Origin: Synechococcus elongatus PCC 6301
GTDB taxonomy: Bacteria; Cyanobacteriota; Cyanobacteriia; Synechococcales; Synechococcaceae
Assembly (NCBI RefSeq): GCF_000010065.1
Contig: NC_006576.1
Location: 570,001-602,000 of the forward strand
Length of the DNA stretch: 32,000 nt
Direction: 5' to 3'
The notes under the pieces were generated by a model. The model searched no databases and was not told the origin of the DNA. It saw only the letters and a list, made by a program, of their open reading frames with translations. The translations under genes and the position numbers were made by a program. Below, piece by piece: positions 1 through 9,078 of this stretch. How positions within the stretch are numbered: position 1 is the stretch's first letter; the number at the start of each line of letters is the position of its first letter.

Positions 1-243
1 TATTCCAGCTCACTCGGTAACCAGCGGGTTGGGGCAGTCAGGATGGGCATCGCGTTAACCCTGAAAGTGCTTAACCATCCAAGCTAGGCTGGCACCAGCT
101 TTCAATTCGTAGCTGTAGCTACTGTTTGCGCTGGCAGCGCTAGGGTTGTTGCAAGTCTTATTCAAGTTCGTGGCGATCACTGACTTCACTTAATCTGTTG
201 CAAGCTGAAGTTGAGTGCTTCCCCGTCCGTTTCCCCCCTTTGC

Positions 244-1038
244 ATGACCTACTGCCTCGGCATCGTCACCCAAGCTGGCCTGATCATGGCGGCTGACTCT
301 CGCACCAATGCGGGCATCGACTACATCTCGACTTATCAGAAACTGTTTGACTTTTCGCTGCCGGGTGACCGCACCATTGTCATCTGCTGCTCGGGTAACC
401 TCTCGATTACCCAAGCGGTGCTGAGTCAACTCCGGCGGGATCTCGCCGGTCATTTCGACATCAATCTGCACAGTCTGCCAACGATGTACGACTTGGCTCG
501 CTACCTCGGCCAAAAAGTGCGGCAACTGCAAGAGAGCGACCGCGATTGGCTGAAGCAAGATGGCATCGACTTCTATTGCAACTTCTTGCTGGGCGGACAG
601 ATTCGCGGCGGCCCGATCGAGCTTTACTTGGTCTACGGCCAAGGTAACTGCATCCACGCCACCCCCGAAACGCCCTATCTCCAGATCGGGGAAACCAAGT
701 ACGGCAAGCCCATTCTCGATCGCACGATCAGTTTTGATACCTCCCTCGACATGGCCGCCAAATGTGCGCTGATGTCCTTAGATTCCACGATGCGATCGAA
801 TCTTTCCGTCGGGCCACCCCTCAACCTGGCTCGCTACGAACGCGATAGCTTGGTGGCTCCGATGCTAGTTCAGTTCCCCGCCGGCCATGAATATTTGGTG
901 GAAATGCGCCGTCGCTGGGAAATTTCCCTCAAGGATGCCTTCATGCGGCTACCAGATATCGACTGGAGTCGACAGTTAATGCGATCGCTCAGTCCAGTAA
1001 GCGAGTCAGTGCCACTTGATAGTTCAGAGTTGAACTAA
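244..1038 (+). CDS. Anbu-type proteasome-like (Ntn-hydrolase) peptidase
   Basis: ORF 211..1038. The likely start is the internal ATG at 244 (MTYCLGIVTQAGLIMAADSRTNAGIDYISTYQKLF). Thr immediately follows Met as the presumed Thr1 nucleophile, with an Asp17-like residue (AADSRTNAG) and a Lys (YQK) at the expected spacing, and a GNLSITQ motif. Confidence 0.9.
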   Translation: MTYCLGIVTQAGLIMAADSRTNAGIDYISTYQKLFDFSLPGDRTIVICCSGNLSITQAVLSQLRRDLAGHFDINLHSLPTMYDLARYLGQKVRQLQESDRDWLKQDGIDFYCNFLLGGQIRGGPIELYLVYGQGNCIHATPETPYLQIGETKYGKPILDRTISFDTSLDMAAKCALMSLDSTMRSNLSVGPPLNLARYERDSLVAPMLVQFPAGHEYLVEMRRRWEISLKDAFMRLPDIDWSRQLMRSLSPVSESVPLDSSELN

Positions 1039-1852
1039 TTCCAGGGGCGTAGTAAGTGCCCTCAGTGGGTGCTGTCTGAGCTGGTAGGGGAGCACTGGCC
1101 ACAGCAATGTGGGTTTCGGCCGTGGCGAGGCCGATGGTTGGATCAAAACCTCGCCAGCCTGCTCCTGGCAAATAGATTTCGGCCCAAGCGTGGAGGTCGA
1201 ACTGCTCTGCTTCGGGGCCACCCCAGTGGTAGCCACTGACAAATCGGCCTGCCAGTCCCACAGCCCGACAGACCTCTAGAAAGACCGCCGTAGTATCTCG
1301 GCAGGAGCCTTGACCCAGGGCTAGAGTTTGACCGGGCCAACGGGGATCGCCGAAGGGGCGCTGAACGTAGCGGATTCGCTCGTAGAGGTATTGATTGAGC
1401 AGCAGCAAAAACGAGATCGTGTCGTTTTTAGCCTGCTCCAAGAGCTGCTGAGCCAAGCGCAAACAGGCTGGATCAAACCCGCCTGGTAGGTAGCTCTGGC
1501 GATAGGGCAGCAGGCGATCGCTCTGGGATTGCGCCTCAGAGCGCAGGGGTAGGCGAACGGCCCAAGGCTCTAGCAGGAACTCAAACGGATTTTCGAGACA
1601 GGTCACGACTTCAGCGATCGCTTGCAGCTTGACATGATCGCAGGGGTCATTGAACCAAGCGCGCTGACAGAGATTGCCGTCGAGCTCTTGAACTTCGAAC
1701 AAGCGATCGGGCTGGGGCTGAATTTGCAACTGAAACGATCGCAATTGCTGGAAGTGATTGCCACGCGGTTGCAGCCGGATCCAGTGAGGATGAAGGTCGA
1801 CCGGAGCATCGTAGTAATACTCAATCTGATGCTGAATGCGAAAGTGGGGCAT
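989..1852 (-). CDS. Transglutaminase-like (cysteine protease fold) family protein
   Basis: 287 aa. The GQGSCRDTTAVFLEVCRAVGLAGRFVSGY ... DLHAWAEIYLPGAGWRGFDPTIG motifs supply a Cys/His/Asp triad. Adjacent to the alpha-E gene. Confidence 0.9.
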   Translation of the reverse strand: MPHFRIQHQIEYYYDAPVDLHPHWIRLQPRGNHFQQLRSFQLQIQPQPDRLFEVQELDGNLCQRAWFNDPCDHVKLQAIAEVVTCLENPFEFLLEPWAVRLPLRSEAQSQSDRLLPYRQSYLPGGFDPACLRLAQQLLEQAKNDTISFLLLLNQYLYERIRYVQRPFGDPRWPGQTLALGQGSCRDTTAVFLEVCRAVGLAGRFVSGYHWGGPEAEQFDLHAWAEIYLPGAGWRGFDPTIGLATAETHIAVASAPLPAQTAPTEGTYYAPGISSTLNYQVALTRLLD

Positions 1853-1855
1853 AGG

Positions 1856-2812
1856 TTACGCCACAATCGCATCGAGCGTGAAGAAGGTCTCAAAAATTTG
1901 CTGATCAACGTGGTTCATTTTTTGTTCGAGATCATCGAGAAATTCATGTAAGCCAATCTCAAAAATTTCAGCCATTGTTAAATAGCCTAATTCAGCGCTG
2001 AGCCGCCCGATCGCCCGTTGCGCCAAGTTCGACCAAGTTCCAGAGGGCGTCCCACAAATCGTATGGAGAGAGGATTCGACACGGCCGAGGCAATGGCGAA
2101 TCGATCGCGGAAAAATGGGATTGAGGATGAGGAATTCTGCCACTCCCAAGGGCGTAATCCGGCGTCTGCCCTGTTTTCGGAACATTTCGTAAGCGCTAGC
2201 CGATCGGAGCAGCGCAATCCATTGCAACTCATCGAGCAACGTCCCTACATCCTGAGGTGAGGGCAGCAAGATGAAGTATTTCACATCTAAAATACGAGCT
2301 GTTTTATCCGCTCGTTCCAGCATTCGTCCGAGATGTCCAAAGTGCCAGCCTTCATTGTGGGAAAGGGTAGCATCCATCACGCCAGCAAATAGGTGGCTCG
2401 ATAATTTTACCTCTTGAAAAAAACGAGGTAGATCGACCTCACCCGCATGACTAGAAGTGTCTTTGATCATCCAGTAGAAGGAGTTAACTTGCTCCCACAT
2501 TTCAGAGGAGATGATCTCGCGAATTGAACGCGCATTTTCTCGTGCTGCAGCCAAGCAGCTGAAAATTGAGTTGGGGTAATCGCGATCGAAGGTCAAAAAT
2601 TTGAGCACATTTTCCTCTGTTGCCTCACCATAGCGATCGCGGAAGAGTTCATGATCGCCAGTGGTGACAATCAGGGGTTCCCACTGTTGCGAGGTGCTCG
2701 AACCGATATCGAGGTTGAGGCTAAAGTTGACATCGACAAAACGTGCAATATTCTCAGCCCGTTCGATATAGCGATTGAGCCAATAGATAGAGTCAGCAAC
2801 ACGACTGAGCAT
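1856..2812 (-). CDS. Alpha-E domain-containing protein (DUF403-like)
   Basis: 318 aa beginning MLSRVADSIYWLNRYIERAENIARFVDVN, with internal SHLFAGVMDATLSHNEGWHFGHLGRMLERADKTARILDVKYF, typical of the alpha-E family. Sits between the ATP-grasp and transglutaminase genes. Confidence 0.9.
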   Translation of the reverse strand: MLSRVADSIYWLNRYIERAENIARFVDVNFSLNLDIGSSTSQQWEPLIVTTGDHELFRDRYGEATEENVLKFLTFDRDYPNSIFSCLAAARENARSIREIISSEMWEQVNSFYWMIKDTSSHAGEVDLPRFFQEVKLSSHLFAGVMDATLSHNEGWHFGHLGRMLERADKTARILDVKYFILLPSPQDVGTLLDELQWIALLRSASAYEMFRKQGRRRITPLGVAEFLILNPIFPRSIRHCLGRVESSLHTICGTPSGTWSNLAQRAIGRLSAELGYLTMAEIFEIGLHEFLDDLEQKMNHVDQQIFETFFTLDAIVA

Positions 2813-2831
2813 ACAAATATCCTCCTGCTTA

Positions 2832-4298
2832 TTAAGCTTGCGACTGACTAGAATTAAAATCTGATGACTCAGTCAGAACCCAGGTGTCTTTACTGCCGCC
2901 ACCCTGCGATGAGTTGACGACAAGTGAACCCTTACGCATTGCGACGCGCGTGAAGCCACCCGGTGTGATGTGAATGGTTTCTCCACAGAGAATATAGGGC
3001 CGCAAGTCGACGTGGCAACCAACAAGTTCACCATCAATTAACGTCGGCGATCGCGACAGACTGAGAGTTTTTTGAGCAATGTAATTGCGAGGATTTTCTT
3101 GAATTAAGCGGGCAAATTTTTGCCGTTCTTCTTCACTGGCTTGGGGGCCAATCAGCATACCATAACCTCCTGATTCACCCGCTGCCTTAACCACTAACTC
3201 ATCTAAGTGATCAAGGACATAGGCTCGCTGGTCTTCTTCCCAGCAGAGGAAGGTCGGCACATTATTCAAAATTGGATCTTCACCCAAGTAGTAGCGAATC
3301 ATCGCCGGCACGTAGGTGTAGATCACCTTATCATCTGCTACGCCGGTGCCTAGGGCATTGGCGATCGCAACCCGTCCCTGACGATAGACCTCCAGCAAAC
3401 CAGGAATCCCCAAGAGCGAATCTGGCTTGAAGGCAAGGGGATCAATAAAGTCATCATCAATGCGCCGATAGATGACGTCCACACGTTTCAGACCACAGGT
3501 AGTTCGCATTTGTAAGTAACCATCCGCGATCACCAGATCTCGACCTTCAACTAACTCGGCACCCATCTTTTGAGCCAAATAGGCATGTTCAAAATAGGCC
3601 GAATTGTAAATACCTGGGCTGAGAACGACAACGGTTGGGTTATCAACCTGATCAGGCGCAAGGTGCAGTAAGGTATCTAGCAGATGCCCCGGATATTCAT
3701 CGACCGGCAAAACGCCGCCGCGACTAAAGACCTCTGGGAAGGTACGCTTCATCACTTGGCGGTTTTCTAAGAAGTAGGAAACTCCGGACGGGCAGCGAAC
3801 ATTATCTTCGAGAACATACCAAGCACCACTGCGATCGCGGACCATATCAATGCCGGCGATATGGCACCAGATGCCATGGGGTGGCTTCAGGCCAATACAA
3901 GGCTTAAGAAACCCATTAGCTGAGAGAATTAATTCCTCAGGAATGACCCGATCCTTCAGGATTTTTTGGTCATTGTAGATATCCTGTAAGAAGCAGTTGA
4001 GTGCTGTAATTCGTTGCTTTAACCCTCGCTCTAAAGGCCACCATTCTGTGGCACTCATTAAACGGGGGATAATATCGAAGGGGATAATCCGCTCGATCCC
4101 GCCTTCCGCTCCATAGACATTAAAGGTCGCCCCCATTTTCATCAGGAAGTTTTGGGCTAATTGCTGCCGGCGCTGAATTTCTTCAACGGGCAACGTATCA
4201 ACCTTGCGCACTAGGAGCTCTGCTTCAGGACGAGGTTGCCCTGGGGCCAAAAATAGCTCGTCGTAGAAGTCCCCCGGATCGTAGCTTTGAAAGAGCAC
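2832..4298 (-). CDS. Circularly permuted ATP-grasp type 2 protein (DUF404/DUF407-like)
   Basis: 488 aa. Motifs MGATFNVYG, ERIIPFDIIPR, PHGIWCHIAGIDMVRDRSGAWYVLEDNVRCPSGVSYFLENR, VDVIYRRIDDDFIDPL, VVKAAGESGGYGMLIGP, HVDLRPYIL. Confidence 0.92.
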   Translation of the reverse strand: MLFQSYDPGDFYDELFLAPGQPRPEAELLVRKVDTLPVEEIQRRQQLAQNFLMKMGATFNVYGAEGGIERIIPFDIIPRLMSATEWWPLERGLKQRITALNCFLQDIYNDQKILKDRVIPEELILSANGFLKPCIGLKPPHGIWCHIAGIDMVRDRSGAWYVLEDNVRCPSGVSYFLENRQVMKRTFPEVFSRGGVLPVDEYPGHLLDTLLHLAPDQVDNPTVVVLSPGIYNSAYFEHAYLAQKMGAELVEGRDLVIADGYLQMRTTCGLKRVDVIYRRIDDDFIDPLAFKPDSLLGIPGLLEVYRQGRVAIANALGTGVADDKVIYTYVPAMIRYYLGEDPILNNVPTFLCWEEDQRAYVLDHLDELVVKAAGESGGYGMLIGPQASEEERQKFARLIQENPRNYIAQKTLSLSRSPTLIDGELVGCHVDLRPYILCGETIHITPGGFTRVAMRKGSLVVNSSQGGGSKDTWVLTESSDFNSSQSQA

Positions 4299-4794
4299 GC
4301 CCGTCTTACCCCATAAATGTCATGAAAGGACTATAGAAATCGCTCAGAGTCCACTTCTGTAGTTCGGGATACGGCAAGATAAACTTTTGGATTTGGTTAA
4401 GGTGCGATCGCTAGAAGGTCGTAGCAGTATCTCTGCTAGCCCTTTGGTTGGAGCTTTGGACACACCTACGACAGATTCAAGCAGCCGCAATCGCCAAAAT
4501 TGACACAGTTGCGAGATCCCTGTCTAAAATTTGGATCCCTGTGTGGTGCATCACAGAGGTTCCGATAATTTTGCGGTCTAATGAAATCGAGTTCAGTCTC
4601 CGACCTATGATGAACTTCCGCTTTTTACAGCTTGGCAAGTCAGTCGGTTCTTGCTTGATTCTGCAAGGACTCTTACTACTGTTAATCTCTAGCATTCTCA
4701 AGGTAGATCCCCTGCAACCCGCCCATAACAGTAGCGCTAGTTTCTTTTGGGAAAACTGGGCTCTTGACCAGCCTCCCGCTGTCCCCTAACTGCC

Positions 4795-5916
4795 CTAGAC
4801 CGTCGCTGGTAATGATTGAGTGATTGCTGTTTGCAGATGAGCTAAAGTCCGCTCATTTTCTGCTGGGCTACCAATCGTAATTCGCAGTCCGTCAGCGGTG
4901 TGGCGCACCAACGTTCCCTGAGCTTTGAGTTGTGCGGCTAACGCTGCAGTTTGTGAGGAAGACTGCGTTTTTAAAAATAGGAAATTGCTAGCGCTAGGCC
5001 AGACTTGAAGCTGGGAAACGACTTGCAGTTTTCGATAGAGGCGATCGCGTTCAGTGATCAATCTAGGGATGGCTGAGAGTAGTTGCGATCGCGCCTCGAG
5101 GGCAAGAGTTGCTGCCAATTGAGCCACGCTTGGCAGATTGTAGGGTAACCGAATTGCTTCGAGGGCAGCAATCAGTTGGGGATCCCCAATGCCGTAGCCA
5201 ACACGATGGGCGGCCAGTCGCAACGCTTTAGAAAAGGTACGGGTAATCAGCCAGTTGGGGTGTTGGGGTAACTCAGCCAGCAGGGTTTCGCCGCTGAATT
5301 CAAAATAGGCCTCATCAATTACCACTAAAATCTGGGGCGGGACTTGGCGCAGCCAGTCTTTTTCCGCTTCCGTCAGCGGGTTTGCGGTGGGTGAGTTGGG
5401 ATGGACAACGAAACAGAGGCGAACTGGCGTGCCCTCCGTTTGGGTAATCGCAGTTTCGGCCGCCGCCAGATCCATCTCCCAAGTTTGGGGATCGCGGCCG
5501 ATCCGCACTACAGGAATCCCCAAAGTCTCTGCCACAATCCCGTACATCGAGAAGGTTGGCTCCGCCACCAAGACCGAGCCTTGTCCACCCAGGCACGTGG
5601 CAATCAAGATCGAGCGAATCAGCTCATCGGAGCCGTTGCCCACAGTGACGTGCTCTGGCCCCGGTTGCCATTGCCCAGCGGTTTGCTCACTCAAGTAGTC
5701 GACGATCGCCGCCTTGAGATCCGTGTGGCTGCCATCGGGATAGCGGTTGGACGCGATCGCCTCCACATAGCGATCTGCCAGCGTTTGCTTGAGATCGGTC
5801 GGTAGATCATAGGGACACTCATTAGTGTCGAGAATGTCCATCGCCATACCAGTCCCGCCCGGATTGGGGTGGTGGGGCTGGCAACGAGCAAGCTCAGAAC
5901 GCAAAAACGGCAGCAT
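4795..5916 (-). CDS. hisC: Histidinol-phosphate aminotransferase family protein (class I/II PLP)
   Basis: ORF 4795..6051 with the likely start at MLPFLRSELARCQPHHP (5916). Motifs LDTNECPYDLP, VTVGNGSDELI, FVVHPNSPTAN, DEAYFEF, ITRTFSKALRLAAHRVGYGIG (PLP-lysine region). Confidence 0.88.
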   Translation of the reverse strand: MLPFLRSELARCQPHHPNPGGTGMAMDILDTNECPYDLPTDLKQTLADRYVEAIASNRYPDGSHTDLKAAIVDYLSEQTAGQWQPGPEHVTVGNGSDELIRSILIATCLGGQGSVLVAEPTFSMYGIVAETLGIPVVRIGRDPQTWEMDLAAAETAITQTEGTPVRLCFVVHPNSPTANPLTEAEKDWLRQVPPQILVVIDEAYFEFSGETLLAELPQHPNWLITRTFSKALRLAAHRVGYGIGDPQLIAALEAIRLPYNLPSVAQLAATLALEARSQLLSAIPRLITERDRLYRKLQVVSQLQVWPSASNFLFLKTQSSSQTAALAAQLKAQGTLVRHTADGLRITIGSPAENERTLAHLQTAITQSLPATV

Positions 5917-5945
5917 GGCGCGGCAGGGGTGAGGAGGAGCAGAAA

Positions 5946-6860
5946 TTAACGAAGAGCGATCGGAAAGACCCAGTCTTGGTAGGCGGCCAAGCGCCCTTCG
6001 GTGATCAAGGTCAGTTGTTGGCGAATTTGATCGGTGATCGGGCGATCGCACGGTGTCAAGTAGTTCTCAACTTGTTTGACCGGCGTCACCTTGGCGGCAG
6101 TACCACTCAGGAATACTTCGTCGGCAATGAACAATTCCGACTTATCAATCGGGCGTTGATCGACGGGGATCCCCAGGTCTTGTGCCACCCGAATCACGCT
6201 GTCGCGGGTGATGCCTTCTAGGATGTCTTGGTCGTAGCCAGGGGTGATCAGACGGCCATTGCGAACCATGAATAAGTTCATGCCCGTGGCTTCGCAGACC
6301 TTGCCCTGACTATTCATTAGGATGGCTTCATCAAACCCAGAGGCGACCGCTTCAGTTTTGGCGAGCGATGAGGCGATGTAGGCACCGCTGATTTTGCCGC
6401 GCAGCGGTAGGCTGCGATCTTCTTGGCGATACCAAGAGCTAATTCGGCAACTGACCCCTTCGGGTGAGAGATAGTCGCCCAGCTGCAGACCGTAGATGAA
6501 GAAGTCTTTTTCGATGTTGTGCAGGCGCGGCGCAATCCCCAAATCCGAGGTGTAGACGAAGGGGCGGATGTAGAAAGATTGGCTAGGCTGGTTTTTCTGA
6601 ACGAAGGCTTCGATTGCCTTGAAGATCTCCTCGGCACTCAATTCAAAGTGGAGAAACTTAGCACTTTGACTCAGCCGTTGGCAGTGGCGATCGAGCCGAA
6701 ACAGTAAGACGCGATCGGGATTTTCAGGATCGGGGATCCCGCGCAGCCCGCCAAAGGCACCGGTGCCGTAGTGGAGGGCATGAGTTGCAATTGAGAGTTG
6801 TGCCTCAGGGAAGGGAACCAACTGTCCGCGAAAAAAAGCGTAGGGCAGAAAGTCGTTCAT
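5946..6860 (-). CDS. ilvE: Branched-chain amino acid aminotransferase (class IV PLP)
   Basis: ORF 5946..6887 with the probable start at MNDFLPYAFFRGQLVPF (6860). Motifs ALHYGTGAFGGLRG, YIRPFVYTSDLG, SSLAKTEAVASGFDEAILMNSQGKVCEATGMNLFMV, ADEVFLSGTAAKVTPV. Confidence 0.9.
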   Translation of the reverse strand: MNDFLPYAFFRGQLVPFPEAQLSIATHALHYGTGAFGGLRGIPDPENPDRVLLFRLDRHCQRLSQSAKFLHFELSAEEIFKAIEAFVQKNQPSQSFYIRPFVYTSDLGIAPRLHNIEKDFFIYGLQLGDYLSPEGVSCRISSWYRQEDRSLPLRGKISGAYIASSLAKTEAVASGFDEAILMNSQGKVCEATGMNLFMVRNGRLITPGYDQDILEGITRDSVIRVAQDLGIPVDQRPIDKSELFIADEVFLSGTAAKVTPVKQVENYLTPCDRPITDQIRQQLTLITEGRLAAYQDWVFPIALR

Positions 6861-7195
6861 GGTCCCGATCGAGACTCCCAGTGGCAATGGATAGAGAAAC
6901 GTCTCAGTGCGGCGACTGAGCCTGCGTTATTTTCTCACCATCTTTATTGAGTCTACAAATCCTGAAATTTCTACCCGTTCCTCAAAGACAGGACTGAGGT
7001 AGAGCGATCGCGGTAAGTGCTGGGCTGGCATGGGTGACTCGGAGAAACCGCTCAACTGAGCGAGGTGCCGGGCTGCAGAGCGCCTTCCCCAGACTTTAAA
7101 GAGGAGCGATCGCGAAAGCCCCCAACAATTCGCCAGCTTTCAGCGAGACAGTCGGGGGCAGGGGAGTTAACGACATCAAACACAACCGACGGCGA

Positions 7196-7315
7196 CTAGA
7201 CCGCCGCTTCCATGCCTTCAAACAGGCGATCGCGGATCACAGAGGTGAGCTGAGGGTCGCGGTTGACATCGCGATCGGTCAGCAGGAACCACCAAAGTTG
7301 TAGGTTACTCAACAT
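7196..7315 (-). CDS. Candidate 39-aa small protein MLSNLQLWWFLLTDRDVNRDPQLTSVIRDRLFEGMEAAV
   Basis: Hand-translated. ATG preceded by TTCGAGGTCTTTACATT (GAGG about 11 nt upstream). Too short for the supplied ORF track. Lies in a gap without other coding. Confidence 0.4.
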   Translation of the reverse strand: MLSNLQLWWFLLTDRDVNRDPQLTSVIRDRLFEGMEAAV

Positions 7316-7535
7316 AATGTAAAGACCTCGAAAGAATTCTTAACGCTTGTTAACAATTTAGCAGTCCTTGTCTCAGTTGGGAGTTGGGGAAACCGACCCT
7401 GGTGGATCGGTTGTCTGGACAGAAGGGTGGCGCCAAACCTCGAAAGTCCTGTCCCTGGGGCGTATGGAGGCATTGCGATCGCAGGGCAGGGAGAGTGCGT
7501 CAGAATGCGAAAGCACCTTTCGAGACCAAGACTGC

Positions 7536-8420
7536 ATGACTGTCGCCATGGCTGCCGCGATCGCCCAGGATTGGCAATGGCAAGGGCACAAGATTCGCTG
7601 GACGGTGGCGGGCGAAGGTCAACCGCTGATCCTGCTCCATGGTTTTGGAGCCAATCTCGGCCACTGGCGCAAAAATATTCCTGCGATCGCTGCGGGGGGC
7701 TACCGAGTCTACGCCTTGGATCTACTCGGTTTTGGCGCGTCCGATAAACCTGATCGCGACTACAGCCTCGACCTCTGGGCAGAATTGGTCAACGACTTTT
7801 GGACGACGCACATCCAGCAGCCGGCTTGGGTGGTCGGCAATTCGATTGGCGCCCTGCTGAGCCTGATGTTGTTGGTGGATCAGCCCGATCGCTGGCGGGG
7901 CGGCGTCTTGCTCAACTGTGCTGGTGGTCTCAACCATCGCCCCGAGGAAATGATCTGGCCCTTGGGTTGGGTGATGAGCAGTTTTGCCAAAGTCGTCAAT
8001 ACGCCCAAGATTGGCCCATTTTTGTTCAATCAAGTCCGCCAGCGCTTTCGCATCCGGCAGACGCTGCGGCAGGTTTACGGCAATCGCAACGCAGTGACCG
8101 AGGAGCTGGTTGACTTGCTCTACGGCCCCTCCTGCGATCCCGGAGCTTACGAAGTCTTTGCCGCAATTTTGCGATCGCCCGCTGGCCCCTCGCCTCAAGA
8201 GCTGTTGCCACAACTACAGCGGCCGTTGTTGGTGATTTGGGGTGAGGCAGATCCTTGGACGCCCGTCTCTGCGAGCAAAATTTTCCAGACGGCGGACAGC
8301 GAGGCGGTGATTGAGTACCTAACGTTGCCGGCGACGGGGCATTGCCCCCACGATGAGCGACCGGAGTTGGTCAATCCGCTGATTTTGAATTGGCTGGATC
8401 GCCAAGCGATCGCGGCTTAA
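7536..8420 (+). CDS. Alpha/beta fold hydrolase
   Basis: ORF 7368..8420. The likely real start is the internal ATG at 7536 (MTVAMAAAIAQDW). Motifs LILLHGFGANLGHWRKNIPAI, VVGNSIGALLSL (nucleophile elbow with Ser), LLVIWGEADPWTP, LPATGHCPHDERPE. Confidence 0.88.
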   Translation: MTVAMAAAIAQDWQWQGHKIRWTVAGEGQPLILLHGFGANLGHWRKNIPAIAAGGYRVYALDLLGFGASDKPDRDYSLDLWAELVNDFWTTHIQQPAWVVGNSIGALLSLMLLVDQPDRWRGGVLLNCAGGLNHRPEEMIWPLGWVMSSFAKVVNTPKIGPFLFNQVRQRFRIRQTLRQVYGNRNAVTEELVDLLYGPSCDPGAYEVFAAILRSPAGPSPQELLPQLQRPLLVIWGEADPWTPVSASKIFQTADSEAVIEYLTLPATGHCPHDERPELVNPLILNWLDRQAIAA

Positions 8421-8459
8421 GACAGGCTCTGCTGGTTGAGAGATCCGAGCTTTCTGTCC

Positions 8460-8514
8460 GTGGGGGTGTTTGCGCACCCTCACACCCACGCACTGGGGGA
8501 CTCGACTCCCCCAG
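8460..8514. terminator. Two consecutive GC-rich hairpins between convergent genes
   Basis: GTGGGGGTG-TTTGCG-CACCCTCAC (8460..8483) and CTGGGGGA-CTCGAC-TCCCCCAG (8493..8514). No clear U-run, so the terminator role is inferred from the convergent position. Confidence 0.4.
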
Positions 8515-8689
8515 CCCCCCGCAACAAGATTTCGGGTAGGACTGATCGGTAGGGAAGCGATCGTGGCGGGTAAGACTAACCGATGTTGATCGCTGGTGAG
8601 AGGCTCTGTGAATCGGGTAGTAGCGTCCTAACTGTTCCAATCAATGAAATAAGTTTCTCTGGCTTCTGGTGGATGAGGAGGCAGTCTGC

Positions 8690-8953
8690 TCAAGCGCCGC
8701 TGAGGTCGCCGCGACTGTTGAGGATGCGGCCCGCGATCGTTTCTGGCTGCAGGGCGGAGAGAATCACATGGCCTGAATCGGCGATCAGAACTGCCTTTGT
8801 GCGCCGACCGCAGGTGACATCGACGAGTTGCCCACGTTCGCGGGCTTCACTCACTGTGCGCCGGATCGGAGCGGAGTCAGGACTGACGATTGCAATCAGG
8901 CGATCGGCGGCGACAAAGTTACCGAAACCGGCGTTGAGTAAGGCTTGAGCCAT
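8690..8953 (-). CDS. remA: RemA-like / DUF370 family protein
   Basis: ORF 8690..9004, likely start [80 protein letters not shown], SPxSAPI(R/K)R, GRRT and HVILSAxQPET are family hallmarks. Confidence 0.88.
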   Translation of the reverse strand: MAQALLNAGFGNFVAADRLIAIVSPDSAPIRRTVSEARERGQLVDVTCGRRTKAVLIADSGHVILSALQPETIAGRILNSRGDLSGA

Positions 8954-9078
8954 TGTTGAAGTGGTCGGGGGCAGTGGCCCCATCCTAGGAGCTGTCTGTT
9001 CCATGGGCCCTAGGTCAGCCCAAAGCTGAGGCTCCCGCTGGCCTGATAGGCTGGCATCAGTCTGCCTGCCGAAGTCCC

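Noticed and set aside
190-657. 155-aa minus-strand ORF overlapping the Anbu gene
   Set aside because: Antisense shadow. The Anbu catalytic and structural motifs are on the plus strand.
8583-8948. 121-aa plus-strand ORF overlapping the DUF370 gene
   Set aside because: The minus-strand RemA-like protein has strong family motifs. The plus-strand product has none.
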